A DNA stretch of 64,000 nt, from NCBI GenBank assembly GCA_002343985.1, contig DDTB01000023.1, positions 11,758-75,757 of the forward strand, in the 5' to 3' direction. Both the position numbers and the translations under genes were made by a program. The first letter of the stretch is position 1. Each line of letters starts with the position of its first letter. Source of the DNA: Chitinophagaceae bacterium UBA2375. GTDB lineage: Bacteria > Bacteroidota > Bacteroidia > Chitinophagales > Chitinophagaceae. The notes beneath the pieces were generated by a model that was given only the letters and a program-made list of their open reading frames with translations, made no database searches and was not told the origin of the DNA. Shown piece after piece: positions 47,332 through 57,528 of this stretch.

Positions 47332-48072
47332 TCAGAGCACACCCTCTTTTATTTCGGTCCATAATTCGCGGTAACAGGTTGCCGCATAGCTGCTGTTCGC
47401 GAATTCCATGATGGGGGCTTTATGCGTACCCATTTTCTCCACATCGCTGAGGTAGGGCACATAGTTCTGAAAGAAGCGTTTGTCTTTGTACAATTCATCC
47501 ATGATTTCGTTGTGCATGTTTTTACGGAGGTCAACCATGGTGAAGAAGCACATCATTTTACCCGGGTCAATGCCTTTATCTTTAAAAAAATCCTTGACCA
47601 TCTGGTAGGTGCGGATGGATAATGTTGTAGGAATTACAGGCATCAGCACAATATCGGCTGCCTGGAAAATATTCTCACTCAGCACACTGAAGCCGGGCGG
47701 GCAATCAATAAACACAAAATCATATTCATCATCCAGCGGCTTCAAGGCCTGGCGCAGCATGTTTTTGGAACCTTTCATTTCTTCGACCATGATGTCGAAG
47801 CTTTTATACGAATGATCGGCGGGGATGAGGTCGAGCATTTCAAAATCGGTAGACATGATGGCTGATTCCAATGCATGCGATTTGCTGATCAGCTTTTTGA
47901 TCCCCGGATGTGTTTTGGGTTTCACCTTGTAATAAAAAGTGGATGAACCCTGCGGGTCAATATCCCACAACAAAGTCCGGAAACCATCTGCGGCAGCGAG
48001 GTATGCGAGGTTGACACAACTGGCAGTTTTACCCACTCCGCCTTTCAGGTTATACAGCGCTATGACTTGCAT
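47332..48072 (-). CDS. ParA/MinD-family ATPase (orphan)
   Basis: Deviant Walker A NLKGGVGKT, DIDPQG, FIDCPP. Confidence 0.9.
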   Translation of the reverse strand: MQVIALYNLKGGVGKTASCVNLAYLAAADGFRTLLWDIDPQGSSTFYYKVKPKTHPGIKKLISKSHALESAIMSTDFEMLDLIPADHSYKSFDIMVEEMKGSKNMLRQALKPLDDEYDFVFIDCPPGFSVLSENIFQAADIVLMPVIPTTLSIRTYQMVKDFFKDKGIDPGKMMCFFTMVDLRKNMHNEIMDELYKDKRFFQNYVPYLSDVEKMGTHKAPIMEFANSSYAATCYRELWTEIKEGVL

Positions 48073-48105
48073 GTTGATTTGATTTCGGTTACTGTAAGAT
48101 ACAAT

Positions 48106-50148
48106 TTATTTCTGCTTGAGGGCTTCGAGCTCTTTCTTCATGCGGAACATCTCATCACGCAGCCTGGCGGCTTCCATGAAATCGAGGTCACGCGCGGCAC
48201 GCTCCATATCCTTTTTTGTTTTCGCGATCGCTTTTTCCAATTGCGGCGCAGACTGGTAAGATATTTGCTCTTCGGCGGCTACAGGCACCAGTTCTTCATT
48301 GGGCGCCACCGCATGGGGATTTGATGGGTCATAGCCCCGTACGTCAAGCACAGAGCCCTGCGCCATGACCTGTTCTATAGATTTAATAATGGTTTTGGGT
48401 ATGATGCCATGTTCAATGTTGTACGCGATTTGTTTTTCGCGGCGGCGCCCGGTTTCATCAATGGTTTTTTGCATGCTCTCGGTTATGGTATCCGCGTAAA
48501 AAATCACCAGTCCATCCGCGTTGCGGGCAGCCCGTCCTGCCGTTTGGGTCAGGCTTTTTTCATTCCTCAGGAACCCTTCCTTATCCGCGTCCATAATGGC
48601 AACCAGCGACACTTCGGGAAGGTCAAGTCCTTCGCGCAACAGGTTTACCCCTACCAAAACATCTATCACCCCAAGCCGCAGGTCGCGTAAAATTTCAACC
48701 CTTTCGAGGGTATCAACACCACTATGTATGTACCGGGATTTGATATTGATGCGGCCGAGGTATTTATCCATTTCTTCTGCCATGCGCTTGGTGAGGGTGG
48801 TTACAAGCACACGGTCGCCGCGGCTCACGCGTTTATCAATCTCATCCAGCAGATCATCAATCTGGTTCAACGAAGGCCTCACTTCAATGGGCGGGTCGAG
48901 CAAACCGGTAGGCCGAACAACCTGTTCCACCACCACGCCCCCGCATTTCTCCAGTTCATAATCACCCGGTGTGGCAGACACAAAAATGGTTTGACCGGTC
49001 AATGCTTCAAACTCATGAAAGTTCTGCGGACGGTTATCCAACGCGGATGGCAGCCTGAAACCATGCTCAACAAGTACTAATTTCCGGCTTCGGTCACCGC
49101 CATACATGCCGCTGACCTGCGGGACCGTTTGGTGGCTTTCGTCAATGATGGTTAAAAAATCTTTCGGGAAATAATCCAGCAAGCAGAAAGGCCTGGCCCC
49201 GGGGGGACGTCGGTCAAAGAAGCGCGAGTAGTTTTCAATGCCGTTGCAATAGCCCAGTTCCCGGATCATTTCGAGGTCGTAATTCACGCGTTCCCCCAGG
49301 CGCTGCGCTTCAATATATTTTCCGACAGATTTAAAATACTCCACCTGCGCGGCGCATTCATCCTGTATTTCATGCACCACTTTTGTGAGCATGTCTTTTG
49401 GTGCGAGGTACAAGTTTGCGGGGAAAATAGCGGCATGTTCCATAGCGCTGATGCGCTTGCCTGTTTTGAGTTCCAGGGTTTCAATAGCTTCAATTTCATC
49501 CCCGAAAAAACTGATCCGGTAGCCAAAATCCACGTAGGGCAAATGAATATCAACTGTATCCCCTTTCACACGGAAGCTGCCCCGTTCAAAATCGCCCTGG
49601 CTGCGGTGGTATAGTGAGTTCACCAGGGCATGCAGAAAGCCCTGGCGGGAGATGACCTGGCCCTTTTGGATGCGGATGATCCCGTTTTCATATTCAGTAG
49701 GGTTTCCCATACCATAAATGCAGCTCACGCTGGCCACAATCACAATATCGCGGCGTCCGCTGAGCAACTGGGCTGTTGCCTGCAGGCGGAGTTTATCGAG
49801 CTCTTCATTGATGCTTAAATCTTTTTCGATATAGGTATTGGTGTGGGGGATGTAAGCTTCAGGTTGGTAATAATCGTAATATGAAACGAAATACCCAACC
49901 GCATTTTCGGGAAAAAACTGCTTGAACTCGCCATACAGTTGTGCCACAAGGGTTTTATTGTGGGTCATGACCAACGTGGGCCTTTGTACTTTTTCTATGA
50001 CATTGGCCATCGTAAAGGTTTTACCACTACCCGTGACGCCCAACAGGGTTTGATAGCGTTCCCCGTCAAGGAGCCCTTCCGTGAGTTGGCGAATGGCTTC
50101 GGGCTGGTCACCTGCGGGTGTATAGGGAGCATGTAACTTGAATGGCAT
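48106..50148 (-). CDS. uvrB: Excinuclease ABC subunit B
   Basis: LLGVTGSGKT, YYDYYQPEAY, DESH, LREGLDLPEV, terminal UVR domain. Confidence 0.98.
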   Translation of the reverse strand: MPFKLHAPYTPAGDQPEAIRQLTEGLLDGERYQTLLGVTGSGKTFTMANVIEKVQRPTLVMTHNKTLVAQLYGEFKQFFPENAVGYFVSYYDYYQPEAYIPHTNTYIEKDLSINEELDKLRLQATAQLLSGRRDIVIVASVSCIYGMGNPTEYENGIIRIQKGQVISRQGFLHALVNSLYHRSQGDFERGSFRVKGDTVDIHLPYVDFGYRISFFGDEIEAIETLELKTGKRISAMEHAAIFPANLYLAPKDMLTKVVHEIQDECAAQVEYFKSVGKYIEAQRLGERVNYDLEMIRELGYCNGIENYSRFFDRRPPGARPFCLLDYFPKDFLTIIDESHQTVPQVSGMYGGDRSRKLVLVEHGFRLPSALDNRPQNFHEFEALTGQTIFVSATPGDYELEKCGGVVVEQVVRPTGLLDPPIEVRPSLNQIDDLLDEIDKRVSRGDRVLVTTLTKRMAEEMDKYLGRINIKSRYIHSGVDTLERVEILRDLRLGVIDVLVGVNLLREGLDLPEVSLVAIMDADKEGFLRNEKSLTQTAGRAARNADGLVIFYADTITESMQKTIDETGRRREKQIAYNIEHGIIPKTIIKSIEQVMAQGSVLDVRGYDPSNPHAVAPNEELVPVAAEEQISYQSAPQLEKAIAKTKKDMERAARDLDFMEAARLRDEMFRMKKELEALKQK

Positions 50149-50154
50149 AGGCTA

Positions 50155-50162
50155 CAAATTTA
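50155..50162 (-). promoter_or_regulatory. -7 box TAAATTTG for uvrB
   Basis: TAnnTTTG, 6 nt before the ATG. Confidence 0.55.
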
Positions 50163-50246
50163 CCAAATCAAACCTCGTAAATCCGTCCTTTCGGAAGCCT
50201 ATAAGCATTTTATGACGATTTAACCTTATGCTAACCTGAAATGTCG

Positions 50247-50254
50247 TACCTTTG
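50247..50254 (+). promoter_or_regulatory. -7 box TACCTTTG for typA
   Basis: TAnnTTTG upstream of the ATG at 50297. Confidence 0.6.
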
Positions 50255-50296
50255 CGCCTCCAAATTCAACCGCAGAGAGGTTTCTAAATCAAATTC

Positions 50297-52108
50297 ATGA
50301 ACATTCGTAACATCGCTATCATTGCCCACGTTGACCATGGTAAAACAACCCTCGTCGACAAAATCCTCCACACCACAAAGGTTTTTCGCGAGAACCAGGA
50401 AACCGGTGAGCTCATTATGGACAACAACGACCTGGAGCGGGAAAGGGGCATCACAATTTTCAGTAAAAACGCTGCCGTAACGTATAACGATTATAAAATC
50501 AACGTAATTGATACTCCGGGCCACGCCGATTTTGGCGGAGAAGTGGAAAGGGTATTGAAAATGGCCGATGGTGTGATTTTATTGGTTGACGCATTTGAAG
50601 GTCCGATGCCCCAAACGCGTTTCGTGTTGCAAAAGGCATTGCAATTACACCTCAAACCTATTGTGGTGATCAATAAAGTGGATAAGCCAAACTGCCGTCC
50701 GGACGAAGTGCACGACGCGGTGTTTGAATTATTTTTTAACCTCGATGCCACCGAAGAACAGCTCAATTTCCCTACTTACTACGGGTCAGGAAAGAATGGC
50801 TGGTTCAACGATTCATTAACACCGATTGACAATATCCAACCATTGCTTGATGGCATCATTCAACATGTGCCTGCGCCAAAAGTAGCGGAAGGCCCGCTGC
50901 AAATGCAGATCACATCATTGGATTATTCTTCCTTCCTCGGGCGTATCGCCGTAGGCAAAGTGAGCCGTGGCAGCATTAAGGAAAACCAGCAGGTTGCCCT
51001 GATGCAGGCGAATGGCGAAATCCGCAAAATGAGGGTGAAGGAATTATATGTGTTTGAAGGGATGGGTAAGAAAAAAGTGAGCGAAGTACTGGCAGGTGAT
51101 ATCTGCGCGGTGGTTGGCCTCGAAGATTTTAATATCGGTGATACCATCGCTGATGCGGAGATGCCGGAAGCGTTACCGGTTATTAGTGTTGATGAACCCA
51201 CAATGAGCATGTTGTTCAGCATCAACAACTCACCGTTTTTTGGTAAGGAAGGTAAGTTTGTAACCAGCCGCCACCTGCGCGACCGCCTGATCAAGGAAAC
51301 AGAAAAAAACCTGGCCCTGAGGGTGGAAGACAGCGACAGCGCCGATAGCTTCCTGGTGTATGGCCGCGGCATCCTTCACCTTGGTATCCTGATTGAAACC
51401 ATGCGCCGCGAAGGATTTGAGCTGACAGTAGGCCAACCGCAGGTAATTGTAAAACAAATCAATGGTGTGAAGTCTGAGCCATTTGAAATTTTGGTAGTGG
51501 ATGTACCATCCGAATTCAGTGGTAAAGTGATTGATATGGTAACCCAGCGCAAGGGCGAAATGCTGGTGATGGAGACCAAGGGCGAAATGCAGCATCTTGA
51601 ATTTGATATCCCTTCGCGCGGACTGATTGGTTTGAGGAGCAGCATGCTCACCAACACTGCCGGTGAAGCCGTGATGGCGCACAGGTTCAGCGAATACAAA
51701 CCCTGGAAAGGCCCAATCCCCGGCCGCAACAACGGTGTATTGCTGTCGAAGACAACTGAGAAAACAACCGCATATTCTATAGATAAATTACAGGACCGCG
51801 GTCGATTCTTTGTGGATCCGGGAGAAGATGTGTACGCGGGTCAAATTATTGCGGAGCACATTAAGCCGGGCGACCTGGTGGTGAATGCCACAGAAGCGAA
51901 AAAACTCACCAACCACCGTGCCAGCGGCAGTGACGATGCCACGCGCATCGCGCCGAAAATTTTAATGACGCTGGAAGAGTGCATGGAGTATATCCAGCAC
52001 GATGAGTGCATTGAGGTTACGCCGAAGAATATCCGCCTGCGTAAGAACATCCTGAACGAAGAAGACCGCAAGAGGGCCAGTAAGGCCATGGCGCAGGAAG
52101 TGGCATAA
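50297..52108 (+). CDS. typA: Translational GTPase TypA/BipA
   Basis: AHVDHGKTT, ERERGITI, DTPGHADF, GRGILHL, EVTPKNIRLRK. Confidence 0.98.
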   Translation: MNIRNIAIIAHVDHGKTTLVDKILHTTKVFRENQETGELIMDNNDLERERGITIFSKNAAVTYNDYKINVIDTPGHADFGGEVERVLKMADGVILLVDAFEGPMPQTRFVLQKALQLHLKPIVVINKVDKPNCRPDEVHDAVFELFFNLDATEEQLNFPTYYGSGKNGWFNDSLTPIDNIQPLLDGIIQHVPAPKVAEGPLQMQITSLDYSSFLGRIAVGKVSRGSIKENQQVALMQANGEIRKMRVKELYVFEGMGKKKVSEVLAGDICAVVGLEDFNIGDTIADAEMPEALPVISVDEPTMSMLFSINNSPFFGKEGKFVTSRHLRDRLIKETEKNLALRVEDSDSADSFLVYGRGILHLGILIETMRREGFELTVGQPQVIVKQINGVKSEPFEILVVDVPSEFSGKVIDMVTQRKGEMLVMETKGEMQHLEFDIPSRGLIGLRSSMLTNTAGEAVMAHRFSEYKPWKGPIPGRNNGVLLSKTTEKTTAYSIDKLQDRGRFFVDPGEDVYAGQIIAEHIKPGDLVVNATEAKKLTNHRASGSDDATRIAPKILMTLEECMEYIQHDECIEVTPKNIRLRKNILNEEDRKRASKAMAQEVA

Positions 52109-52134
52109 ACCTATGCATCTAAAATACTACATAG

Positions 52135-52161
52135 ATCCCCGGAATGTTCCGGGGATTTTTT
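52135..52161 (+). terminator. Intrinsic terminator after typA
   Basis: ATCCCCGGAA/TTCCGGGGAT plus T-run. Confidence 0.88.
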
Positions 52162-52205
52162 GTATATGAAATCCTCAAATGGCCGTTGCTGCGTACATTT
52201 ATGAT

Positions 52206-53237
52206 ATGAAAAAATGGATATTGCCTGTCCTGCTGTTATGCTTCTCTACATCAGCCATGACGCAGGAATTGACCGGCCGCGACATCAGGAAAGTGGCGGA
52301 ATTTCATGGCGTGCAGGTTACTGGAGTTGCCGTTAGCCAAAAAGGAAGGGTCTTTGCCTGTTTCCCGCGCTGGCGCGACGGTGTACCTTATTCATTGCTG
52401 GAAGTCATGCCGGACGGCAAACACAAAGCATATCCTGACCATGAACGCAATACCTGGACGATCGGCGACGAGATCAACGGCCGTTTTGTGTGTATCCAAT
52501 CCATTTTGGTGCATAATGAAAAACTGTATGTGCTGGAAACCTCTAACCCAATGTTCAAGGGAATGATCGCGCAGCCCAAAATTTTTGTGTTCGACCTCAA
52601 TGCCGATACGTTATGGAAAACCTATACATTCCCCACAAAAGTACTTTCAACCAAATCATATGTAAATGATTTGCAGGTGGATGATAAAAAGAAAAAAATT
52701 TACCTGACTGATTCTGGCTATCCCGGGCTCATCATCATAGATATGGTTAAGGAAACCTATACAAGGGTGCTCGACAACCATCCCATCACAAAAGCGGAGA
52801 CCGGCGGGCTGACGATCAACGGTAACGCATGGACGAACACCGTACATTCGGATGGCATTGCATTCGACCGGAAAAATGATATCCTGTACCTCCATGCATT
52901 AACAGGTTACAGCCTATACGGCATACCCACAGCCGACCTGCTCGATTCAGCCCGTTTATCAAAGTTCAAACCAGTATCAGTAAAAACGCCCGCACCGGAT
53001 GGCATGGTTATGGATGACGCGGGCAACCTGTACATGGCTGACCTGGAAAACCATAAAATTGTGTACCTGGGGCCTGACAGAAAAGACGTTAAAACATTTT
53101 GGGAAGGCGACCCCATCAGTTGGGCCGATAGCTTTGCCATTCACGATGGATACCTCTATTTTACCAACTCCCGGATACATGAGGCCGGTGAAGATGTATC
53201 CGGTATGGGTTTCAGTATCTATAAGATCAAATTATAA
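52206..53237 (+). CDS. Major royal jelly/yellow-family secreted beta-propeller protein
   Basis: VTGVAVS..GRVFACFPRW, YVNDLQVD, IYLTDSG, HSDGIA, PDGM, WADSF. Confidence 0.85.
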   Translation: MKKWILPVLLLCFSTSAMTQELTGRDIRKVAEFHGVQVTGVAVSQKGRVFACFPRWRDGVPYSLLEVMPDGKHKAYPDHERNTWTIGDEINGRFVCIQSILVHNEKLYVLETSNPMFKGMIAQPKIFVFDLNADTLWKTYTFPTKVLSTKSYVNDLQVDDKKKKIYLTDSGYPGLIIIDMVKETYTRVLDNHPITKAETGGLTINGNAWTNTVHSDGIAFDRKNDILYLHALTGYSLYGIPTADLLDSARLSKFKPVSVKTPAPDGMVMDDAGNLYMADLENHKIVYLGPDRKDVKTFWEGDPISWADSFAIHDGYLYFTNSRIHEAGEDVSGMGFSIYKIKL

Positions 53238-53292
53238 TATGCCACATTAAACAAATCGCCGCGATCTGCATGGGCTTTTGTACCTTTGCTAC

Positions 53293-53511
53293 ATGAAAAA
53301 ATGGTTGATCGCCGCCTTTGTTGTCAGCCTGTTTTTGCTGATCTCCCCCGCTGCGGATGCGCAGTGTTCTTTATGCACCAAAACCGCGTCGCAATTAGGT
53401 GAAAAGCCCGCGTTGGGTATGAACCAGGGCATCCTCTACCTGATGTTCACCCCATTGATCATCATCGGTTTTCTCGCGTATCGTTGGTGGAAGTTTAATA
53501 AGGAACCTTAA
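53293..53511 (+). CDS. Small hypothetical membrane protein
   Basis: Signal-like N-terminus, AQCSLC, GMNQGILYLM..P; -7 box TACCTTTG at 53281-53288. Confidence 0.7.
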   Translation: MKKWLIAAFVVSLFLLISPAADAQCSLCTKTASQLGEKPALGMNQGILYLMFTPLIIIGFLAYRWWKFNKEP

Positions 53512-53527
53512 TCGGGACTACGGGGTT

Positions 53528-54418
53528 TTATTTACCCTTAACATAACGGTAAACGTTAAACGAAGTACCGGATTTTTCGATTTCCTCTTTCATCGCTTTT
53601 TTGCTGATGCCCTGCATCCTTTTGTGCAGGATCAGTTGCCAGGCTTTTTCCGCCAGCAGCCATCCTCTCTTGTCATGTTGCGCGTCGCTTTTCAATAAGG
53701 CCAGGGCCTCATCAAGTACCGCGTCAACACCGGTTCCATCTGAAGCGACCGTTTTGAATACTTTGATTTCCTGTTCATGATTATGGAACGCTGGCGCCAG
53801 CATGAGGCGGAGGTTTTTTACAAACGCGTCAGCTCCGGGCCTGTCGGCTTTATTCACCACAAAGATGTCGGCAATTTCCATGAGCCCTGATTTCATGGTT
53901 TGTATTTCATCACCGGCCTCGGGTACAATGGTCACAATGGTTACATCGGCAAGCCCGGCCACTTCAATTTCACTCTGCCCCACGCCTACTGTTTCCACGA
54001 GGATATGGTCAAAGGATGCCAGTTTCAGCACATCGGCGATTTCAATAATCTTGGGGTTGAGTCCGCCCAAGGAACCACGCGAAGCCAGGGAACGAATGAA
54101 CACATCGGGGTGGTTATACCAACGGCTCATGCGGATGCGGTCGCCCAGCAGGGCGCCGAGATGAAAAGGGGAAGATGGGTCTACACATAATACAGCCACT
54201 CTTTTTTGCCTGGCCAGGAGCCGTTCAATCAAAGCGTCTGTCAATGTGCTTTTCCCCGCGCCGGGCGGGCCGGTGATGCCGATGATGGGCGTGGCTGTAT
54301 GCTGGAGCGATTCAAGGAAAGGAAGGTAACCTTCGATTTCATTCTCCACCAGCGAAATGCACCGGGCAAGCGCACGGACATCCCCCTGTCGGACCTTTTC
54401 TGTTAATGCCTCCCACAT
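53528..54418 (-). CDS. meaB: MeaB/ArgK GTPase (methylmalonyl-CoA mutase chaperone)
   Basis: GITGPPGAGKST, VDPSSP, LLGDRIRM, ETVGVGQSE, GDEIQ, VVNKAD. Confidence 0.92.
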   Translation of the reverse strand: MWEALTEKVRQGDVRALARCISLVENEIEGYLPFLESLQHTATPIIGITGPPGAGKSTLTDALIERLLARQKRVAVLCVDPSSPFHLGALLGDRIRMSRWYNHPDVFIRSLASRGSLGGLNPKIIEIADVLKLASFDHILVETVGVGQSEIEVAGLADVTIVTIVPEAGDEIQTMKSGLMEIADIFVVNKADRPGADAFVKNLRLMLAPAFHNHEQEIKVFKTVASDGTGVDAVLDEALALLKSDAQHDKRGWLLAEKAWQLILHKRMQGISKKAMKEEIEKSGTSFNVYRYVKGK

Positions 54419-54511
54419 GCCGCTAAAATAGAGCAGTTCAGGCAGAAAGCGGGGAGCTGCATTTTATTTTTTTTTGGGTGATCAAGTTGGTATTTTGCGA
54501 AAACTAAACCC

Positions 54512-55507
54512 ATGCATGTGTTAAAACCGGGCATTTCCGTTGTCATTCCCAATTATAATGGTATCGGGTTACTGCCTGAGATACTGCCCACCGTATTCAA
54601 CGCGTTGCAGGAACAGGGCTTAGCGCATGAGGTTATTGTCAGTGATGATTGTTCCACAGATGCTTCCGTGAGCTGGCTTGAAGCCCATTACCCGATGGTG
54701 CATATCATTAAAAACCCGGTAAACAGGGGCTTCTCGCCCACCATCAACGCGGGTATTTTCGCTTCGCAATACGCGTTCATCCTTTTATTAAACAGCGATG
54801 TAAAACTCAGCAGGGATTATTTCAGCAGGCTGATACCTTATATGGATGACCCGGATTGCTTTGGTGTCATGGGCAGGATCGTGGGTTGGGATGACGATAT
54901 TATGCAGGATGCCGCCAAGTACCCAACATTTCACGGCGCGAAAATCAAAACATCCGGAAATTATTATATGGCGGAACCCTCTGGTCATGACCGCTTGTAC
55001 TCGATGTACCTGTCTGGCGCCAACGCATTTGTATCCGCCGAAAAAATCAGGATGATGGGCGGGTTTAATGAGCTGTTCGCGCCTTATTATGTGGAGGATT
55101 TTGAACTCAGCCTGAGGGCCTGGCGACTGGGATGGGCCTGTTATTATGAGCATGGCGCGGTTTGCAGGCACCGGCTTTCGGTCACCATAAAATCAAAGAG
55201 CAGCAAAGCGGCCATCAACACCGTGTATTACCGCAATAAGATGTTTATGCATTCAATTCATCTTGATGGATGGTTGCGTGTTGCCTGGCATTTACAACTC
55301 ATTCCCGAAACCATGATCCGCTTGCTCAGCGGCAGGTTCTATTACCTGAAATCGCTCTCCTATTTTTTTTCTCATCAAAATGAAGTGCGGAAGGCCCGGC
55401 AAGGTTTCTTAGCTTTGGCCATCCAAACGGGCAGGAAGTATTCCGTGAAAGATGTGGTAAAGCGCATACACTTATCCGTTAGCGGGAAACAGATCAAACG
55501 ATTTTAA
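54512..55507 (+). CDS. GT2 glycosyltransferase
   Basis: VVIPNYNG, DDCSTD, LLNSD, YVEDFELS. Confidence 0.9.
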   Translation: MHVLKPGISVVIPNYNGIGLLPEILPTVFNALQEQGLAHEVIVSDDCSTDASVSWLEAHYPMVHIIKNPVNRGFSPTINAGIFASQYAFILLLNSDVKLSRDYFSRLIPYMDDPDCFGVMGRIVGWDDDIMQDAAKYPTFHGAKIKTSGNYYMAEPSGHDRLYSMYLSGANAFVSAEKIRMMGGFNELFAPYYVEDFELSLRAWRLGWACYYEHGAVCRHRLSVTIKSKSSKAAINTVYYRNKMFMHSIHLDGWLRVAWHLQLIPETMIRLLSGRFYYLKSLSYFFSHQNEVRKARQGFLALAIQTGRKYSVKDVVKRIHLSVSGKQIKRF

Positions 55508-55510
55508 CGC

Positions 55511-56626
55511 ATGTCAAAAGCTTACGATTACCTGGTGGTGGGCGCCGGTTTGTTTGGCGCAACCTTTGCATACTTCGCGCGGAAACATGGGAAGAAATGC
55601 CTTGTCATCGACAAACGCGCCCATGCCGGTGGCAATATCTACTGCCGTGAAGAAAACGGCATTAATATCCACGCTTACGGCGCCCATATATTTCACACAA
55701 ACGACAAAGGCATCTGGGATTTTGTAAACCGATTTGTTGAATTCAACCGGTACACCAATTCGCCCGTGGCATTGCATAAAGGCAAACTGTATAACCTGCC
55801 TTTCAACATGAATACCTTCTACCAGTTATGGGGCGTAACCACACCGGAAGCAGCCAGGGAAAAACTGGAAGAACAAATACGGGAAGCGGGTATCGGGGAG
55901 CCCAAAAACCTCGAAGAACAGGCGCTGAAACTCGTGGGCCGCGATATCTATGAAACACTGATCAAAGGGTATACCGAAAAACAATGGGGTCGGAAAGCGA
56001 CTGAATTGCCCGCGTTCATCATCAGGCGCCTGCCGGTACGGTTTACATTCGACAATAATTATTTCAACGATAAATACCAGGGCATCCCGATCGGGGGTTA
56101 CAACAAACTCACCGAAGGTTTACTTGAAGGCATTGAACTGAGGCTGAACTGCGATTTCCTGGCCGACAGGTCTGCATTTGAAGACATGGCCGATAAAATC
56201 GTCTATACGGGAGCGTTAGACGCTTTTTATGATTACCGCTTCGGCGAACTGGAGTACAGGAGCCTCCGGTTTGAACATGAATGGTTGCATACCGGTAATT
56301 ACCAGGGCAATGCCGTAGTGAACTATACCGAAGCCGAAGTGCCGTTTACCCGCATCATCGAGCACAAACATTTTGAGTTCGGCACACAACCGCAAACCAT
56401 CATCACCCGCGAATACCCGGCCACATGGTCGAAAGGCATGGAACCCTATTACCCGGTGAATGACGAAGCTAATTCCCAACGCTACAAACAATACCGTGCG
56501 CTGGCCGACGGGGAAAGCCGGTATATTTTCGGCGGCAGGCTGGCGGAGTATATTTATTACGATATGCACCAGGTGATTGGCTCGGCCATGGCCCGTGCGA
56601 AAAAAGAATGGAACGGAGAGCTATGA
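55511..56626 (+). CDS. glf: UDP-galactopyranose mutase
   Basis: VGAGLFG, HAYGAHIFHT, YTEKQWG, TRIIEHKHF, GGRLAEY.YYDMHQVI. Confidence 0.97.
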   Translation: MSKAYDYLVVGAGLFGATFAYFARKHGKKCLVIDKRAHAGGNIYCREENGINIHAYGAHIFHTNDKGIWDFVNRFVEFNRYTNSPVALHKGKLYNLPFNMNTFYQLWGVTTPEAAREKLEEQIREAGIGEPKNLEEQALKLVGRDIYETLIKGYTEKQWGRKATELPAFIIRRLPVRFTFDNNYFNDKYQGIPIGGYNKLTEGLLEGIELRLNCDFLADRSAFEDMADKIVYTGALDAFYDYRFGELEYRSLRFEHEWLHTGNYQGNAVVNYTEAEVPFTRIIEHKHFEFGTQPQTIITREYPATWSKGMEPYYPVNDEANSQRYKQYRALADGESRYIFGGRLAEYIYYDMHQVIGSAMARAKKEWNGEL

Positions 56627-57528
56627 GGATATTCGCGGCTATAGTGACACATAACAGGCTTGCCTTGTTGCGGGAATGCATCGAAAGCCTGCGCAGGCAA
56701 ACAGTCCCATTAGCGGGCATTGTCGTGATCAATAATGGCAGCACCGATGGCAGCAGGGAATGGCTGGAGCAACAACCGGACCTCTCCTGCGTCCACCAGG
56801 AAAACCTTGGCGGCTCTTATGGCTTTTCAGAAAGTATTTTACAATCATGGAAGCGGCAGGCGGACTGGATCTGGGTTATGGATGACGACAGCATTCCGCA
56901 TCCCACCGCGCTGGAAGCATTGGTTCATGTGATCAAATCAGGAATGGTTTATGAGCCAATCGGTTTTTTATGCAGCCGTGTGGAGTGGCTGGACGGTAAC
57001 CCTCACCGCATGAACATCCCCCATATTTCCATTTTCAATAAACATGGGCAGCCATTCAGCCAGTACGACAAGATCGGCGCATTTCATGTGAGCGCCTGTT
57101 CTTTTGTGTCGATACTGGTGTCTGCCAAAGCGGTACAGGAACTGGGTTTGCCCATCCGTGATTTTTATATCTGGGGCGATGATATGGAGTTTACGCAAAG
57201 GATCACCCGCAGCGGGTTACTGGGTTTGTATGTACCCGCCAGTATTGTGCTGCACAAAACAAAAACGAATTACAGTTCGGATATTTTTCATGATGACAAC
57301 CAAAGCATCTGGAAATACAGGTATGGCATCCGCAACCATCTTTTCATCATCCGCCAACAAAAAGGCTTTGGAAAATACTTTGGTAAATTGCTGAAACATT
57401 TTTTTGTATTGCCGGTCAAGCTGATGAAAAAAAGAAAAGACCATCGCTGGTTATTCATCAAAACCGTATGGGGAGCGGCCTGGCGGTCAATCGGCTTTAC
57501 ACCCAATATAGAAAAACCCCATGCATAA
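56623..57528 (+). CDS. GT2 glycosyltransferase, probable galactofuranosyltransferase
   Basis: IVTHNR, ENLGGSYGF, WVMDDD, FYIWGDDMEF; ATGA overlap with glf. Confidence 0.85.
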   Translation: MRIFAAIVTHNRLALLRECIESLRRQTVPLAGIVVINNGSTDGSREWLEQQPDLSCVHQENLGGSYGFSESILQSWKRQADWIWVMDDDSIPHPTALEALVHVIKSGMVYEPIGFLCSRVEWLDGNPHRMNIPHISIFNKHGQPFSQYDKIGAFHVSACSFVSILVSAKAVQELGLPIRDFYIWGDDMEFTQRITRSGLLGLYVPASIVLHKTKTNYSSDIFHDDNQSIWKYRYGIRNHLFIIRQQKGFGKYFGKLLKHFFVLPVKLMKKRKDHRWLFIKTVWGAAWRSIGFTPNIEKPHA

